Shown one piece after another: positions 7,932 through 16,979 of a stretch of DNA of 64,000 bases. The stretch lies in IMG/VR virus record IMGVR_UViG_3300034409_000017, positions 1,137 through 65,136 of that record; one strand, given 5' to 3'. The number at the start of each line of letters is the position of its first letter. Position 1 is the first letter of the stretch. A program made the position numbers and the translations under genes. Under the pieces are notes generated by a model that searched no databases, was not told where the DNA came from, and saw nothing but the letters and a program-made list of their open reading frames with translations. Source of the stretch: a virus.

Positions 7932-7997
7932 TACGATCCCCAATGTTTCATCCACCTACGATAGTGAATCGATTTTACAATGCAAGATGATAACACT

Positions 7998-8957
7998 TTA
8001 TAGAAAAGATAAAGAATGTTCAATAAAATGAGGAGCTTGGATAAAAGAAAAAAATTTGGATTTAGATTTAAAAAGAAAAAGTTCATCTAAATCTTTAATA
8101 ATTTTAGGGCAAATTGCGCCCCAATCTGGCACCACCACGTTATACCCCATATCGAGCAAAATTAGCCTCATATAGGTTATTGAATTTCTATTCGCGCCCC
8201 TATCCATCGCCAATACTAAAGTATGGGCATTTTCAAAGGTTTTTACTATCTCTTCTATTAGATTTTCGGAAATAGAGGATCCTAATATCGCCACCCCATA
8301 TCCAATTGGTATTCTAAGGCAATCAAAGATTCCCTCAGTTATTATTCCAATCTCGGGGTTCATTTTCTGTACCCACTCTTTACCAAAGAGAAATGGGGAA
8401 TCCTCTATTCTTTTCCACCATCTTGGACCGACCACATCGCTGCTGTATTTCCTTGCGTTGATGTTTTCTCCGTTTTTAAAAACTATGTAGCCATTCAGCT
8501 TTCCAGTGCCAATCATTAGCCCAGCATCAAAAGCAATGTCTAAATCTAATCCTCTTTCTCTATCCCTTTTTTGAATGTTTTCGAAGTGAGGCTTTGCTTC
8601 CAACCATTCTAAAATCGGCAAATCCTTTTCTTGTACCTCTCTCCAATACACTTGTTTTTTAGGAGTTTGCGGTTTTTTGATTTCATCTGGAAGATAGATG
8701 TCTTCCTTTTTGTAATTTATGGAATCCCAAGGAATACTTGGATAGAGAGTTTTAAGTTTTCTCCTTATTTTGAGCCATCCACCACCTTCTCCACACACAA
8801 AACATTTAAACCACAAATCAAATTCGTGGATTCCACAGTGGTATTTAGACTCATTGCAAAATGGGCAGCATATGTTTATGTGCTCGCGCCCAACATTGGT
8901 GCCTTGCTCTTTGGTGGCTATTTTCGCTGCATTTAAGAGGTATCTTAATTCAGACAT
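7998..8957 (-). CDS. DNA primase (zinc finger plus TOPRIM)
   Basis: CPFC..H..CFVC, TEGIFD, LAMD, KDLDE. Confidence 0.88.
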   Translation of the reverse strand: MSELRYLLNAAKIATKEQGTNVGREHINICCPFCNESKYHCGIHEFDLWFKCFVCGEGGGWLKIRRKLKTLYPSIPWDSINYKKEDIYLPDEIKKPQTPKKQVYWREVQEKDLPILEWLEAKPHFENIQKRDRERGLDLDIAFDAGLMIGTGKLNGYIVFKNGENINARKYSSDVVGPRWWKRIEDSPFLFGKEWVQKMNPEIGIITEGIFDCLRIPIGYGVAILGSSISENLIEEIVKTFENAHTLVLAMDRGANRNSITYMRLILLDMGYNVVVPDWGAICPKIIKDLDELFLFKSKSKFFSFIQAPHFIEHSLSFL

Positions 8958-8977
8958 GCCTACGGTTATTAACTAAG

Positions 8978-9015
8978 TTTGCAGCGGTTCCTGCTCAAAT
9001 TTTGCAGCGGTTCCT
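8978..9015. repeat. 15-bp direct repeat x2 upstream of primase
   Basis: TTTGCAGCGGTTCCT at 8978 and 9001. Confidence 0.8.
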
Positions 9016-9025
9016 TTAGATATTT

Positions 9026-9529
9026 CTACTTATCAATTGGAATTTTGGCACTGGTATAGAAATCATCCAATCTTTTTTGCTCTTCCTCAGTCATCTGATA
9101 CCCACCTGAAATATTCTTTGTGTTCTTAATAGCACACAACAAACTCTTTGGGCAAGGGGCTTCGAATACAATCGTTACTTCATTGTCACCAGTTTTTCCA
9201 TCGGAATATCTTATTACTTTGCTGTTTAGCACTTGGCAGATTTTTTGTATTCGATCCATATGAGTTGAAGCTCGATGACCCTTCAAATATACCTCTTCGG
9301 TTTCTGGTACTTTTTCGAAGGAATCCTTATAAGTGGCTATGCGGATTAACAAATTCCCCGCGCATTCACTGATTTTAATTGATTCTTTTTCACAGCAGTA
9401 ATAGAGACCGTACTGGCTGCATATTCCATCGGTGTTTTCTATAGCATTTAAAGTGTTTATTACTTCCTTTACCTTTTTCGCTATTTCCTTGGAACACGTT
9501 GGGTTACTTTGAATTATTCTTTTTTGCAT
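9026..9529 (-). CDS. Hypothetical protein
   Basis: 167 aa ORF in operon, AAGG RBS. Confidence 0.65.
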   Translation of the reverse strand: MQKRIIQSNPTCSKEIAKKVKEVINTLNAIENTDGICSQYGLYYCCEKESIKISECAGNLLIRIATYKDSFEKVPETEEVYLKGHRASTHMDRIQKICQVLNSKVIRYSDGKTGDNEVTIVFEAPCPKSLLCAIKNTKNISGGYQMTEEEQKRLDDFYTSAKIPIDK

Positions 9530-9538
9530 ATTTACCTT

Positions 9539-9946
9539 TTATTTTAATTTATAATCAAACTGCTGCTCCCACCAATCGTTTGGCGTATCTTTGTGATCTA
9601 TTACAAATTTAATACGTTTTAGTGCTTGAGCTTTGCTGTTAGTGCAGCCTTCCCATCCCCATTTACAATTAAATAGAAAATGCCATATTTTCCGATCTTT
9701 AGAATTGCAACGATTAAGCTCTAAAAAATTATTACTCCACGTATAAAAATTGATGTCACCATTATCATTATAAGTAACTAAATCGGGGGCTAATACAATG
9801 GAATTTCCAATTATACAACCAACTGTATTGCATTCCATTGTTTTATTGTCTTCCTCATTAAGTCTAAAATAGGACAAATTGAGCTTTTTGGCTGGTACCT
9901 TTCCTTTGATGTGGTGGTAAATTCTATTCAAATTCGCAATGTTCAT
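9539..9946 (-). CDS. Hypothetical protein, paralogue of 13388..13801
   Basis: ECNTVGCIIG...WHFLF...QALKRI. Confidence 0.8.
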   Translation of the reverse strand: MNIANLNRIYHHIKGKVPAKKLNLSYFRLNEEDNKTMECNTVGCIIGNSIVLAPDLVTYNDNGDINFYTWSNNFLELNRCNSKDRKIWHFLFNCKWGWEGCTNSKAQALKRIKFVIDHKDTPNDWWEQQFDYKLK

Positions 9947-10863
9947 CTTTTCTCCTCTAAGTGTGATAAAATATGTGAAACAACATCAACTGTCCAGCCA
10001 TTGCCCAGCATTTTATAGCGCTGCGCAGTGCTGACCCCCTTCGTATAATTATCTGGAACTGTTTGCAGTCTTTCACATTCAATGGGGGTTAGTTTTCTAT
10101 AAAAAGGATGCTCATATCGCATATAAGAATGAGAGGTAGTAAGGGTATTGCTTTTGTGCCTCATCAGTCTTCCTCGTCTATTTTTACTCTTTGGTTGCGT
10201 ATAGTCAAAACAGCAGCCATTTTCTACTTCAACAAATCCAGTTTTGGTGGCTTCAGTGACAATTAAGCAAGTTGAAATCGCACCCCATCCATTTTGAACC
10301 TTTCTAATTTTTAATGGGGGCTTTATGGCGATCCTGGATCCTGTGGTGCTGCCTTCTAAAACATCTTTAAGCAGTATTTTTTTATCTTTTATGGGGTTTC
10401 TTCGCTCAAGGTTCGTCCAGTATAGCCTCTTCCTGTTTTGGGCGGATACAAGAGCCGAATTTATTAGAATTGGTTCAACCCCCATATATTTTGATATTAC
10501 AGCTTGCCACTCTTTTTTCATTTCCACATTTTCCAATAAAAAATAATCCGGATTGCACTCTCTTAACAATCGAACAAACTCAAAAAATAAAATTGATTGG
10601 GGATCCTCAAAATTCAACCCTTTTCCAGCTTTGCTAAATCCAGTGCAGGGACTCCCACCAATCAATAAATCAATTTTAGGCAAAGCATCTCCTTTGATGT
10701 GGCGAATATCACCAAGCTGAATGGTTTTGGGGTAATTTTTTTGACAAATTTCTATTGCGGACTTGTCAATTTCAGCGGCATAGTAGTTACTATACTTTAT
10801 GCCAGCTCTATTAAGAGCTATCTGACCACAACTCATTCCGTCAAAAAGACTTAAAACATTCAT
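9943..10863 (-). CDS. C5 DNA cytosine methyltransferase
   Basis: LSLFDG, GGSPC, LLENV, QNRKRLYW, YKMLGNG motifs. Confidence 0.95.
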   Translation of the reverse strand: MNVLSLFDGMSCGQIALNRAGIKYSNYYAAEIDKSAIEICQKNYPKTIQLGDIRHIKGDALPKIDLLIGGSPCTGFSKAGKGLNFEDPQSILFFEFVRLLRECNPDYFLLENVEMKKEWQAVISKYMGVEPILINSALVSAQNRKRLYWTNLERRNPIKDKKILLKDVLEGSTTGSRIAIKPPLKIRKVQNGWGAISTCLIVTEATKTGFVEVENGCCFDYTQPKSKNRRGRLMRHKSNTLTTSHSYMRYEHPFYRKLTPIECERLQTVPDNYTKGVSTAQRYKMLGNGWTVDVVSHILSHLEEKR

Positions 10864-11156
10864 TTATCGCTGTTGTTTTTATTTAAAAATTTTTCACTAA
10901 ACCACTCAGCAGGCAGGCAGAGAAGACTTTCGCCCGTCAGAAAACCATGAGACCTAATACACCTGAAGTTGGGGTGGTCGGTTGGCTGAAAGATTTTGAT
11001 TTTGATGTTTTGCTCGAACTTTTCTTTTTTCACATAGGTGGGTTTAGTTCTCTTTTTTGGCTCGGTAACGAGCATGAAAACAAATAACCCCACAGCGATC
11101 AACACCCAGATGGCAGGAATAGAAAACTCTTTAAACGCATTGCCAGCTCTTCTCAT
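10860..11156 (-). CDS. Small membrane-anchored protein
   Basis: N-terminal hydrophobic helix. Confidence 0.65.
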   Translation of the reverse strand: MRRAGNAFKEFSIPAIWVLIAVGLFVFMLVTEPKKRTKPTYVKKEKFEQNIKIKIFQPTDHPNFRCIRSHGFLTGESLLCLPAEWFSEKFLNKNNSDK

Positions 11157-11172
11157 AGCTACTCCTTTTTAT

Positions 11173-11385
11173 TTAATTGATTAAAATTATTTGATTATAG
11201 ACACCATAGTCTTCTTGGTGCTCTTCAATCAAATATTTCTTGCCATTTTCTTTTCTAATGCCCACCCTTTTAGTATCTGAGTGTGCCTGTATAATTTCAA
11301 ATTCTCCTAAGCACTTAGGCTCTTCACCTGACTGTTTAGGATCGTTGTAAACCTTTTGGTAAATTGTTTCAAAATTTGTACTCAT
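11173..11385 (-). CDS. Hypothetical protein
   Basis: 70 aa, ATGA-coupled to upstream gene. Confidence 0.6.
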   Translation of the reverse strand: MSTNFETIYQKVYNDPKQSGEEPKCLGEFEIIQAHSDTKRVGIRKENGKKYLIEEHQEDYGVYNQIILIN

Positions 11386-11897
11386 GCTTTCATTGTTTTA
11401 TGGTTTTCAAGGCGGGCTTTAAACCCTTCAAGGTGCTCAACTATTTTCTTCATAGTGATATTCTTGTAGTTACATCCAAAAGCGTGAGGGGAGGAAAATA
11501 GATTTCCTCCATACTCATTTTCCCATAATGATGGATTTTTATGTAGCCAGCTTCTTAAATGGTACTGGTCATTAAACCCTAAGAGTTTCACGATTTTATC
11601 CCTACCAAAAGTAAATGCTATGTGGCAGCCTCTACACTTTAATTCTTTTTGGCGCTTTTTAATGGCTTCAATTTCCTCCGTATAGGTAGTACCCAACCAA
11701 CCAGCAAAGCAGTGAAAGGATCCTATTTCATGATTTACTATTTCTACCCCCTTTCGGTTTGTGTGGGAATCATATACCGTGGTTGTAATCATGTTTACAG
11801 CATTTCCTTTTTTATAAGCATCCGTGGTTTTTAACCGATCTATTACTTCGGTTAATCCAGGTATGGAGACGCAAAAATTTAGTTTTTGTTTTTTCAT
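11382..11897 (-). CDS. Hypothetical protein, possible distant relative of 9539/13388 family
   Basis: GSFHCFAGW motif, C-terminal IVEHLEGFKARL. Confidence 0.7.
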   Translation of the reverse strand: MKKQKLNFCVSIPGLTEVIDRLKTTDAYKKGNAVNMITTTVYDSHTNRKGVEIVNHEIGSFHCFAGWLGTTYTEEIEAIKKRQKELKCRGCHIAFTFGRDKIVKLLGFNDQYHLRSWLHKNPSLWENEYGGNLFSSPHAFGCNYKNITMKKIVEHLEGFKARLENHKTMKA

Positions 11898-12577
11898 TGG
11901 TTTTTCTGCGGTTTTGCGTATACGAATGGTTCTTCTTTATCCCCACTGGCTAAGCCCAATTCAAACAAAAAGTCTAGATTTTTAAAGAATCCAAGCACGC
12001 AGTATTCTTCTGTTTTATCTTCTTTAGAATTTATGCAATCTAATAAACTCTCAAACCCGTGAGAAGGGCGCTGGAGGCATACTTCATCCGAATAGCGTTT
12101 GTCATCTAAAGCCTCGCACCTATAAGCGTGGATTCCCTTATATTCAGCGCAGTTTTCATCGATCTTATACCCAATATACCTTGCTTTGTTTCGATTTTCT
12201 GCAAAAATATAAGCTATTGGGCGCACATCTTCACTGCTTAGAGTTCCAGCAGTGACCAGAAAACATTTATCTGTGGATATAGTTTTTGCTGGTTCCTCCT
12301 CTTCTATAAAAGCCTTATCCAACTTTCTGATGATTTTTTCTTCGCAAAACACCAAAAAAGAATACATAAAGTTTGTGAAGTAATAGGGATGCTCGATTTT
12401 TTTGGTATTTGTAAAAATCCAAAGCATGCCAATTTTAACCGCCGCTGCTAATTTCAGTATAATGCAGGATACAAAGTAAACCAACAAAGTTACCAAACAG
12501 AGGAGCAGTATTGAAAGCAGAGCGCCTATCTGTTTTGTTGTTTGCCAAAGTGTGATTTTTTCTTTTCTTTTTTTCAT
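11894..12577 (-). CDS. Hypothetical protein with N-terminal TM segment
   Basis: 227 aa, ATGA overlaps on both sides. Confidence 0.65.
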   Translation of the reverse strand: MKKRKEKITLWQTTKQIGALLSILLLCLVTLLVYFVSCIILKLAAAVKIGMLWIFTNTKKIEHPYYFTNFMYSFLVFCEEKIIRKLDKAFIEEEEPAKTISTDKCFLVTAGTLSSEDVRPIAYIFAENRNKARYIGYKIDENCAEYKGIHAYRCEALDDKRYSDEVCLQRPSHGFESLLDCINSKEDKTEEYCVLGFFKNLDFLFELGLASGDKEEPFVYAKPQKNQ

Positions 12578-12747
12578 GTGTTACTCCGTTCGTTTAAATT
12601 AAAATCGTCGTTTATGTCTAATGCTTCTAATTCTTCTGTACAGATATCGTCTTCATAGTCGTACCTTCCGCAGGCGGTGCATTTGCAAATCCCATTTACG
12701 ATTGGAAATTCCCATAACGCCAAGCCTCCGCAGAATCTACACTCCAT
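12574..12747 (-). CDS. Small zinc-ribbon protein (not in ORF track)
   Basis: 57 aa MECRFCGG...CTACGRY..., fills gap with overlapping starts/stops. Confidence 0.6.
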   Translation of the reverse strand: MECRFCGGLALWEFPIVNGICKCTACGRYDYEDDICTEELEALDINDDFNLNERSNT

Positions 12748-12829
12748 TGGATATACCGTCCAGTATTAACGATACTGCTAAAAGTCCAGCTGCATAGCAC
12801 AATATCATAGCAATAATTTCTGTTTTCAT
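12737..12829 (-). CDS. 30-aa membrane peptide (not in ORF track)
   Basis: AAGGAG RBS; MKTEIIAMILCYAAGLLAVSLILDGISNGV. Confidence 0.55.
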   Translation of the reverse strand: MKTEIIAMILCYAAGLLAVSLILDGISNGV

Positions 12830-12843
12830 AGTTTCTCCTTACA

Positions 12844-13116
12844 CTATATTTTTTCTAAACAAATGTATATTTCTTTCCATTCGTCTTTTATTAAAAGTTC
12901 ATCTATATATACCTTAGCGTTAAAAAAGTACTCTTTCTTTTTTGTGTTGTAGTCAAAAGCTAAACTCACTAAGATATTCAGATTAAAATTCTTTCCTCGT
13001 TCTTCTTTAACACTATTAAGAGCTTTTATATTGTGTCTTGTGTTAGGTACTGCAATGCTGGAATGGTTTTCTTTTCCGTAAGCATTGAGGACTGTAACTT
13101 CGTAAAGATTATTCAT
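12844..13116 (-). CDS. Hypothetical protein
   Basis: 90 aa with AGGAG RBS. Confidence 0.65.
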   Translation of the reverse strand: MNNLYEVTVLNAYGKENHSSIAVPNTRHNIKALNSVKEERGKNFNLNILVSLAFDYNTKKKEYFFNAKVYIDELLIKDEWKEIYICLEKI

Positions 13117-13133
13117 TATTTCTCCTATTTTAA

Positions 13134-13382
13134 TTACATTACTGCTATAGCCTCATCCATAGATAAACTGTTAGCTTTATCGCAAAATTCCTTAATTGCT
13201 ATACCTTCTAATCCGTAAGTTTTATTGAACGTTTTAAAGAAAAACGGGTCTCCATTTTTATAAACTCCAACATCGACTTGTTCCTTCGCAACAAAGTGAA
13301 CATAACCAGCTTTATTTAACTTTAACAGTAGCTCATCCGAGTACCAACAAGGTACTTTATTAACTCCAAATAGTTCTTCCAT
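13134..13382 (-). CDS. Hypothetical protein
   Basis: 82 aa with GAGGAG RBS. Confidence 0.65.
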   Translation of the reverse strand: MEELFGVNKVPCWYSDELLLKLNKAGYVHFVAKEQVDVGVYKNGDPFFFKTFNKTYGLEGIAIKEFCDKANSLSMDEAIAVM

Positions 13383-13387
13383 TGTGC

Positions 13388-13801
13388 TTATCTCCTCTCT
13401 TTAGTTTCTAGAAAATACTGATAATTATAATCCCAGTCATCAGGGACTTTCTGATGCTCAATGAAGTAGTCAAGCCTTTTTAGGGCTTGGTTTTTGCTTC
13501 CAATATTACCGCATTCACCCCACTCCATATCGAATAAGAAGTCCCAAGAAGTCGAATAGAGATTCAATCCTGTATACGCAACACTCCAAGCATCAAAGTT
13601 TATATTTCCGTTATCATACCTTGTGATTAAGTCTTCAGCTAATTTAACGCTATGACCGAGTATACATCCTACACTATCACATTCCGTTGTTCTTCGGCTT
13701 CCCTCATTCACTTCTTTTCTATAAATCCGCATATCAAATAAATGCGCTGGGACGTTATCTCTTAGATGGTCCCTAAGGGCTTTTATGTTTTTAATATTCA
13801 T
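13388..13801 (-). CDS. Hypothetical protein, paralogue of 9539..9946
   Basis: ECDSVGCILG...WDFLF...QALKRL. Confidence 0.8.
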   Translation of the reverse strand: MNIKNIKALRDHLRDNVPAHLFDMRIYRKEVNEGSRRTTECDSVGCILGHSVKLAEDLITRYDNGNINFDAWSVAYTGLNLYSTSWDFLFDMEWGECGNIGSKNQALKRLDYFIEHQKVPDDWDYNYQYFLETKERR

Positions 13802-14340
13802 TCTCCTATTTCTCCCTTAAATTTTTCTAAATTTTTATCAAAAAAGGATTTGTCTTGCCACAGGAAATAAATATTCTTCTTCCCCCTGTGCACCAAGAAC
13901 ATAGGCTTTTTCTTTTTCTTTGCTGCAGTTCTGTTATTAACAAAGAAACTTCTATTTGATTCATTAAAGGCTTTCAACACCCTGTTTAAAATTTTAATGT
14001 CTAAATAGCGCAGTTCCACAGTTTCCCGTAGATCCACGTAATTTTTAGGGTTTATCTGAGAGTTTAAAGCACTCAAAGCATTACCCATATCATTTAGTTT
14101 TGAAGCATAATTTTCTTTTGAAACAATAAATGCCATTTCTCGAGCAAAACAAAACGTTCTGATGTTTGTTTTTTCTTTATTGCTGAACGTGCAACTAACA
14201 AACTCACCTTCTTTTATTTCAGTTATTTCACAATACACACCGTAATCGATGGCTGCGCTTGATGCAAACGCTAAAAACTTATCAACGTCTTCATCTCTAA
14301 AGCCTATTTTTGCTTCACTTAATACTTGTTTTAGTTTCAT
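13798..14340 (-). CDS. Hypothetical protein
   Basis: 180 aa behind a minus-strand leader copy. Confidence 0.75.
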   Translation of the reverse strand: MKLKQVLSEAKIGFRDEDVDKFLAFASSAAIDYGVYCEITEIKEGEFVSCTFSNKEKTNIRTFCFAREMAFIVSKENYASKLNDMGNALSALNSQINPKNYVDLRETVELRYLDIKILNRVLKAFNESNRSFFVNNRTAAKKKKKPMFLVHRGKKNIYFLWQDKSFFDKNLEKFKGEIGE

Positions 14341-14427
14341 AATTATTTCCTAATTATTTCTTGAAATGGTTGGGATTGTTTCCTCAACCTTATATACAAT
14401 TATATGACATTCGATTTAAAATGTCAA
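14341..14427 (-). promoter_or_regulatory. Repeated leader copy on minus strand
   Basis: Reverse complement: TTGACA-17-TATAAT, GGTTGAGGA..TCCCAACC hairpin, AATAATTAGGAAATAATT-ATG. Confidence 0.88.
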
Positions 14428-14913
14428 CTGTTTATATGCTTTTTCCATTAAAAATTCATTGCCACCTTTTAAAAGAGGAAGCAGCAATAGGATCTCTCCT
14501 CTATAAACTTTGTAAAACCTCTCATCCACTTGTTTTAGATTACGTGTGTTATCTATAACATCTGCAAGTTTTAAGGTTTTAACCCTTGAGCAGCCCATAG
14601 ATAGATGTATTCGATCAATTTCCTTTCTTGCTTTTCTGTTCCCATCTTCTGGTTTGCTTTTATCGGTTACCCCATAAACAATATTTGCTATCGAGACCCC
14701 AAATTCATCTACTATTTCTTGATGGGTGACATCCGTATCTTCTACCACATCGTGCAGCCAAGCTGCCGCCTGCATCTCTTGGCTTGCCCCTATGCCTTTA
14801 ACTATCTGGGCTACATTGTTTAAATGCTCAGTGTAGGGTTCACCACTCCACTTCCTTTTTTGGTTTCCGTGCTTTTTGGTGGCAAACTCAATGGCTTTAG
14901 TTAAGATTTCCAT
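14416..14913 (-). CDS. HD-domain (p)ppGpp hydrolase-like protein (small alarmone hydrolase/Mesh1-like)
   Basis: FA..KH..Q.RK.SGEPY..H, WLHDVVEDT, KLAD..DN. Confidence 0.88.
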   Translation of the reverse strand: MEILTKAIEFATKKHGNQKRKWSGEPYTEHLNNVAQIVKGIGASQEMQAAAWLHDVVEDTDVTHQEIVDEFGVSIANIVYGVTDKSKPEDGNRKARKEIDRIHLSMGCSRVKTLKLADVIDNTRNLKQVDERFYKVYRGEILLLLPLLKGGNEFLMEKAYKQLTF

Positions 14914-15059
14914 AGTTTAAAAATTTCCACGGTAACAATAGGAAAGGCTATTGTTGCTAATAAAAGCATTAAGAAGGCAAAAACTGCCAATACTGGCAAT
15001 ATTTTGTCTATATTTGCCGCTTTTTTCAGCGTAAAGAAAAAACAACGAATGGTTTCCAT
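14901..15059 (-). CDS. 52-aa membrane protein (not in ORF track)
   Basis: METIRC...VLAVFAFLMLLLATIAFPIV; coupled to the queD stop. Confidence 0.5.
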   Translation of the reverse strand: METIRCFFFTLKKAANIDKILPVLAVFAFLMLLLATIAFPIVTVEIFKLWKS

Positions 15060-15532
15060 TAAAGCCTCGTCCTTTTTACGGTTGCACTATTGCCTGCATG
15101 TTCAAAGCAGGTAACGCTGTAAACTTCAACCGTTTTATTTATAGCACCTTCTTGATCTTCGTTTTTCAGCATCTGCAAAATGCTTTCAACTTGATTAAAA
15201 ACAGTCTCTGCAAATTTTTCACACCCAACGTTGGGCAGGTATCGAAGGTCTGCAACGTGGGTCAGGTTTTGCAACGTATCTTTTTTAGGATCATCCTTTG
15301 CAATGATTAGGGTATGGTCAAAGAGATAGTGAAGCATCTTTTTTACTGGTTTAAGGCTTCCAAAATCCATCACCCAATTTTTCGAGTCTAACTCTTTACA
15401 ACTAAAAGTTATCTCAAACCCCAAACTATAGCCGTGCAGCTTAGAGCAGTGACTGTGGTCGGCTCTCCACTGGCGGAAAACACAGCTTAGCCCTGTTTCC
15501 GTTCCGTAAGTCTTAGTGCAGTAGTACCGCAT
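15059..15532 (-). CDS. queD: 6-carboxy-5,6,7,8-tetrahydropterin synthase
   Basis: CSKLHGYS, WVMDFG.LK, FDHT, GCEKFAE, FEHAGNSA. Confidence 0.93.
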   Translation of the reverse strand: MRYYCTKTYGTETGLSCVFRQWRADHSHCSKLHGYSLGFEITFSCKELDSKNWVMDFGSLKPVKKMLHYLFDHTLIIAKDDPKKDTLQNLTHVADLRYLPNVGCEKFAETVFNQVESILQMLKNEDQEGAINKTVEVYSVTCFEHAGNSATVKRTRL

Positions 15533-15549
15533 ATTTAATCTCCTGTAAT

Positions 15550-16869
15550 TTAAATTTTTTCTCCACCACCTGCAGTATTTCGGAATCGGAGAAACCTTGG
15601 AAATCTCAAGCTCACCTCCCCACTTTTATCCGGTTCCGTAAAACTATCGGCTCTAACTTCAACAAGGTCGCCCTCAATGGAATCCCTTGCTTTCCAGAAA
15701 TCTTCCCTTTGCTCGTCAGAAAATCCGCCTCCTACCTTAACGTTTATGACTTCCTTTTCCTCGTGTGAAATACAAACTAAAGCACCTAACTTATCTTTAT
15801 TTTTTCCTGTGCCTTCTTCCACCCCAACCACTTTCATGGTTAGTTCAATAAAGGGTTTGATTTTCAGCCAATTTTTATTTCTTCCTTTTTTATAGGGGGC
15901 CTTTGGATTTTTAAGCATTACCCCTTCAAATCCTTCCATAATTATCTTCTTGAACATTTCGTTGAAAACCTGCCTTGATTCCTCTGAATCAAAATCGATT
16001 GAGATCGGTTTTTGATATTTCACCTTTCCTTTAAAGGCTTCGCCAAAATGGTGCATCAAGTAAAACAGGGAGCGACTTCTTTCTTGGTGAGCCGCTTGGA
16101 TTTGCCCTCTCCACTCTTCCATAGTGAGCATATCAAAAACATGAAAAATTGAATCTCCAGCATCCACATCTTTCTTTCGATTCACTTGGGTCATTAGTTT
16201 TTGAAAGTTTTTACTTACAATTTCGCCGTCTAATATTATTCCATCGTCAATAGAAAAGTATCCAAAGACGTTTTTCACTTTAACGCAATTTAATGCATCT
16301 TCTATTTCTTTGAAATTGTGAAATTGGTGCCCATTTCTTGAATGCAGAGTGATTCCCCCTTGCTTAATAATAGCAAGGCATCGAACCCCATCCAGTTTTG
16401 GTTCTACCCCCCAGGTTCCAGTTATTTTTTCAACTTCCGGAGCTGCGCTTGCGAGTTGGCATTCAAAGGCTTGGATTTCATTTCCAGTGCCTTTCCAAGC
16501 AGAATTTGCCATTTTTAGACCTACCCCACACTTGAGGTCCTTTTTGAGGATTGGTTGGTACCAGTGATTCCACTCTCTCCAATCTACCCCCTGTGAAAAT
16601 CGCTCAATTTCTTCTTGGGCAGCATTTCCAGTTAAAGTCCTGGATGCAAGGTCTTTTAATAGTTTTTTAAATTCGGGCATACCAAGCCCTTTTCCTTCCG
16701 ACATGGTGGTAAAGTCTTCTTTTTGGTATCCAAAAGTTAGCATAGGATCCAAAGCCAAGGTTACCCCATCGACAAATTCTTGGTTGGTTTGGTGTTCTTG
16801 AAGGATCCGCTTCCTATCGTTCGTGGAAGGGGTTACTTCTAATAATGCAATTATTTCGTATGGCTTCAT
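15550..16869 (-). CDS. ATP-dependent DNA ligase
   Basis: EPKLDGVR, LDGEI, EGVMLK, WLKIK, VGGGFSD, SLRFPRF. Confidence 0.95.
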   Translation of the reverse strand: MKPYEIIALLEVTPSTNDRKRILQEHQTNQEFVDGVTLALDPMLTFGYQKEDFTTMSEGKGLGMPEFKKLLKDLASRTLTGNAAQEEIERFSQGVDWREWNHWYQPILKKDLKCGVGLKMANSAWKGTGNEIQAFECQLASAAPEVEKITGTWGVEPKLDGVRCLAIIKQGGITLHSRNGHQFHNFKEIEDALNCVKVKNVFGYFSIDDGIILDGEIVSKNFQKLMTQVNRKKDVDAGDSIFHVFDMLTMEEWRGQIQAAHQERSRSLFYLMHHFGEAFKGKVKYQKPISIDFDSEESRQVFNEMFKKIIMEGFEGVMLKNPKAPYKKGRNKNWLKIKPFIELTMKVVGVEEGTGKNKDKLGALVCISHEEKEVINVKVGGGFSDEQREDFWKARDSIEGDLVEVRADSFTEPDKSGEVSLRFPRFLRFRNTAGGGEKI

Positions 16870-16924
16870 AATTTCTCCTGCGTTTTTCGCGTTGTTTTAA
16901 AATTGTTTTGAAACTTCTATAAGA

Positions 16925-16979
16925 ATTATACTACACAAGGTTAAGAATGTAAACTATTTTTTCAATCTATTTAACTTTT
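16925..16979 (-). promoter_or_regulatory. sigma70-like promoter with conserved 22-bp upstream element
   Basis: Reverse complement TTTACA-17-TATAAT; upstream 22-mer 21/22 identical to 20928-20949. Confidence 0.7.
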
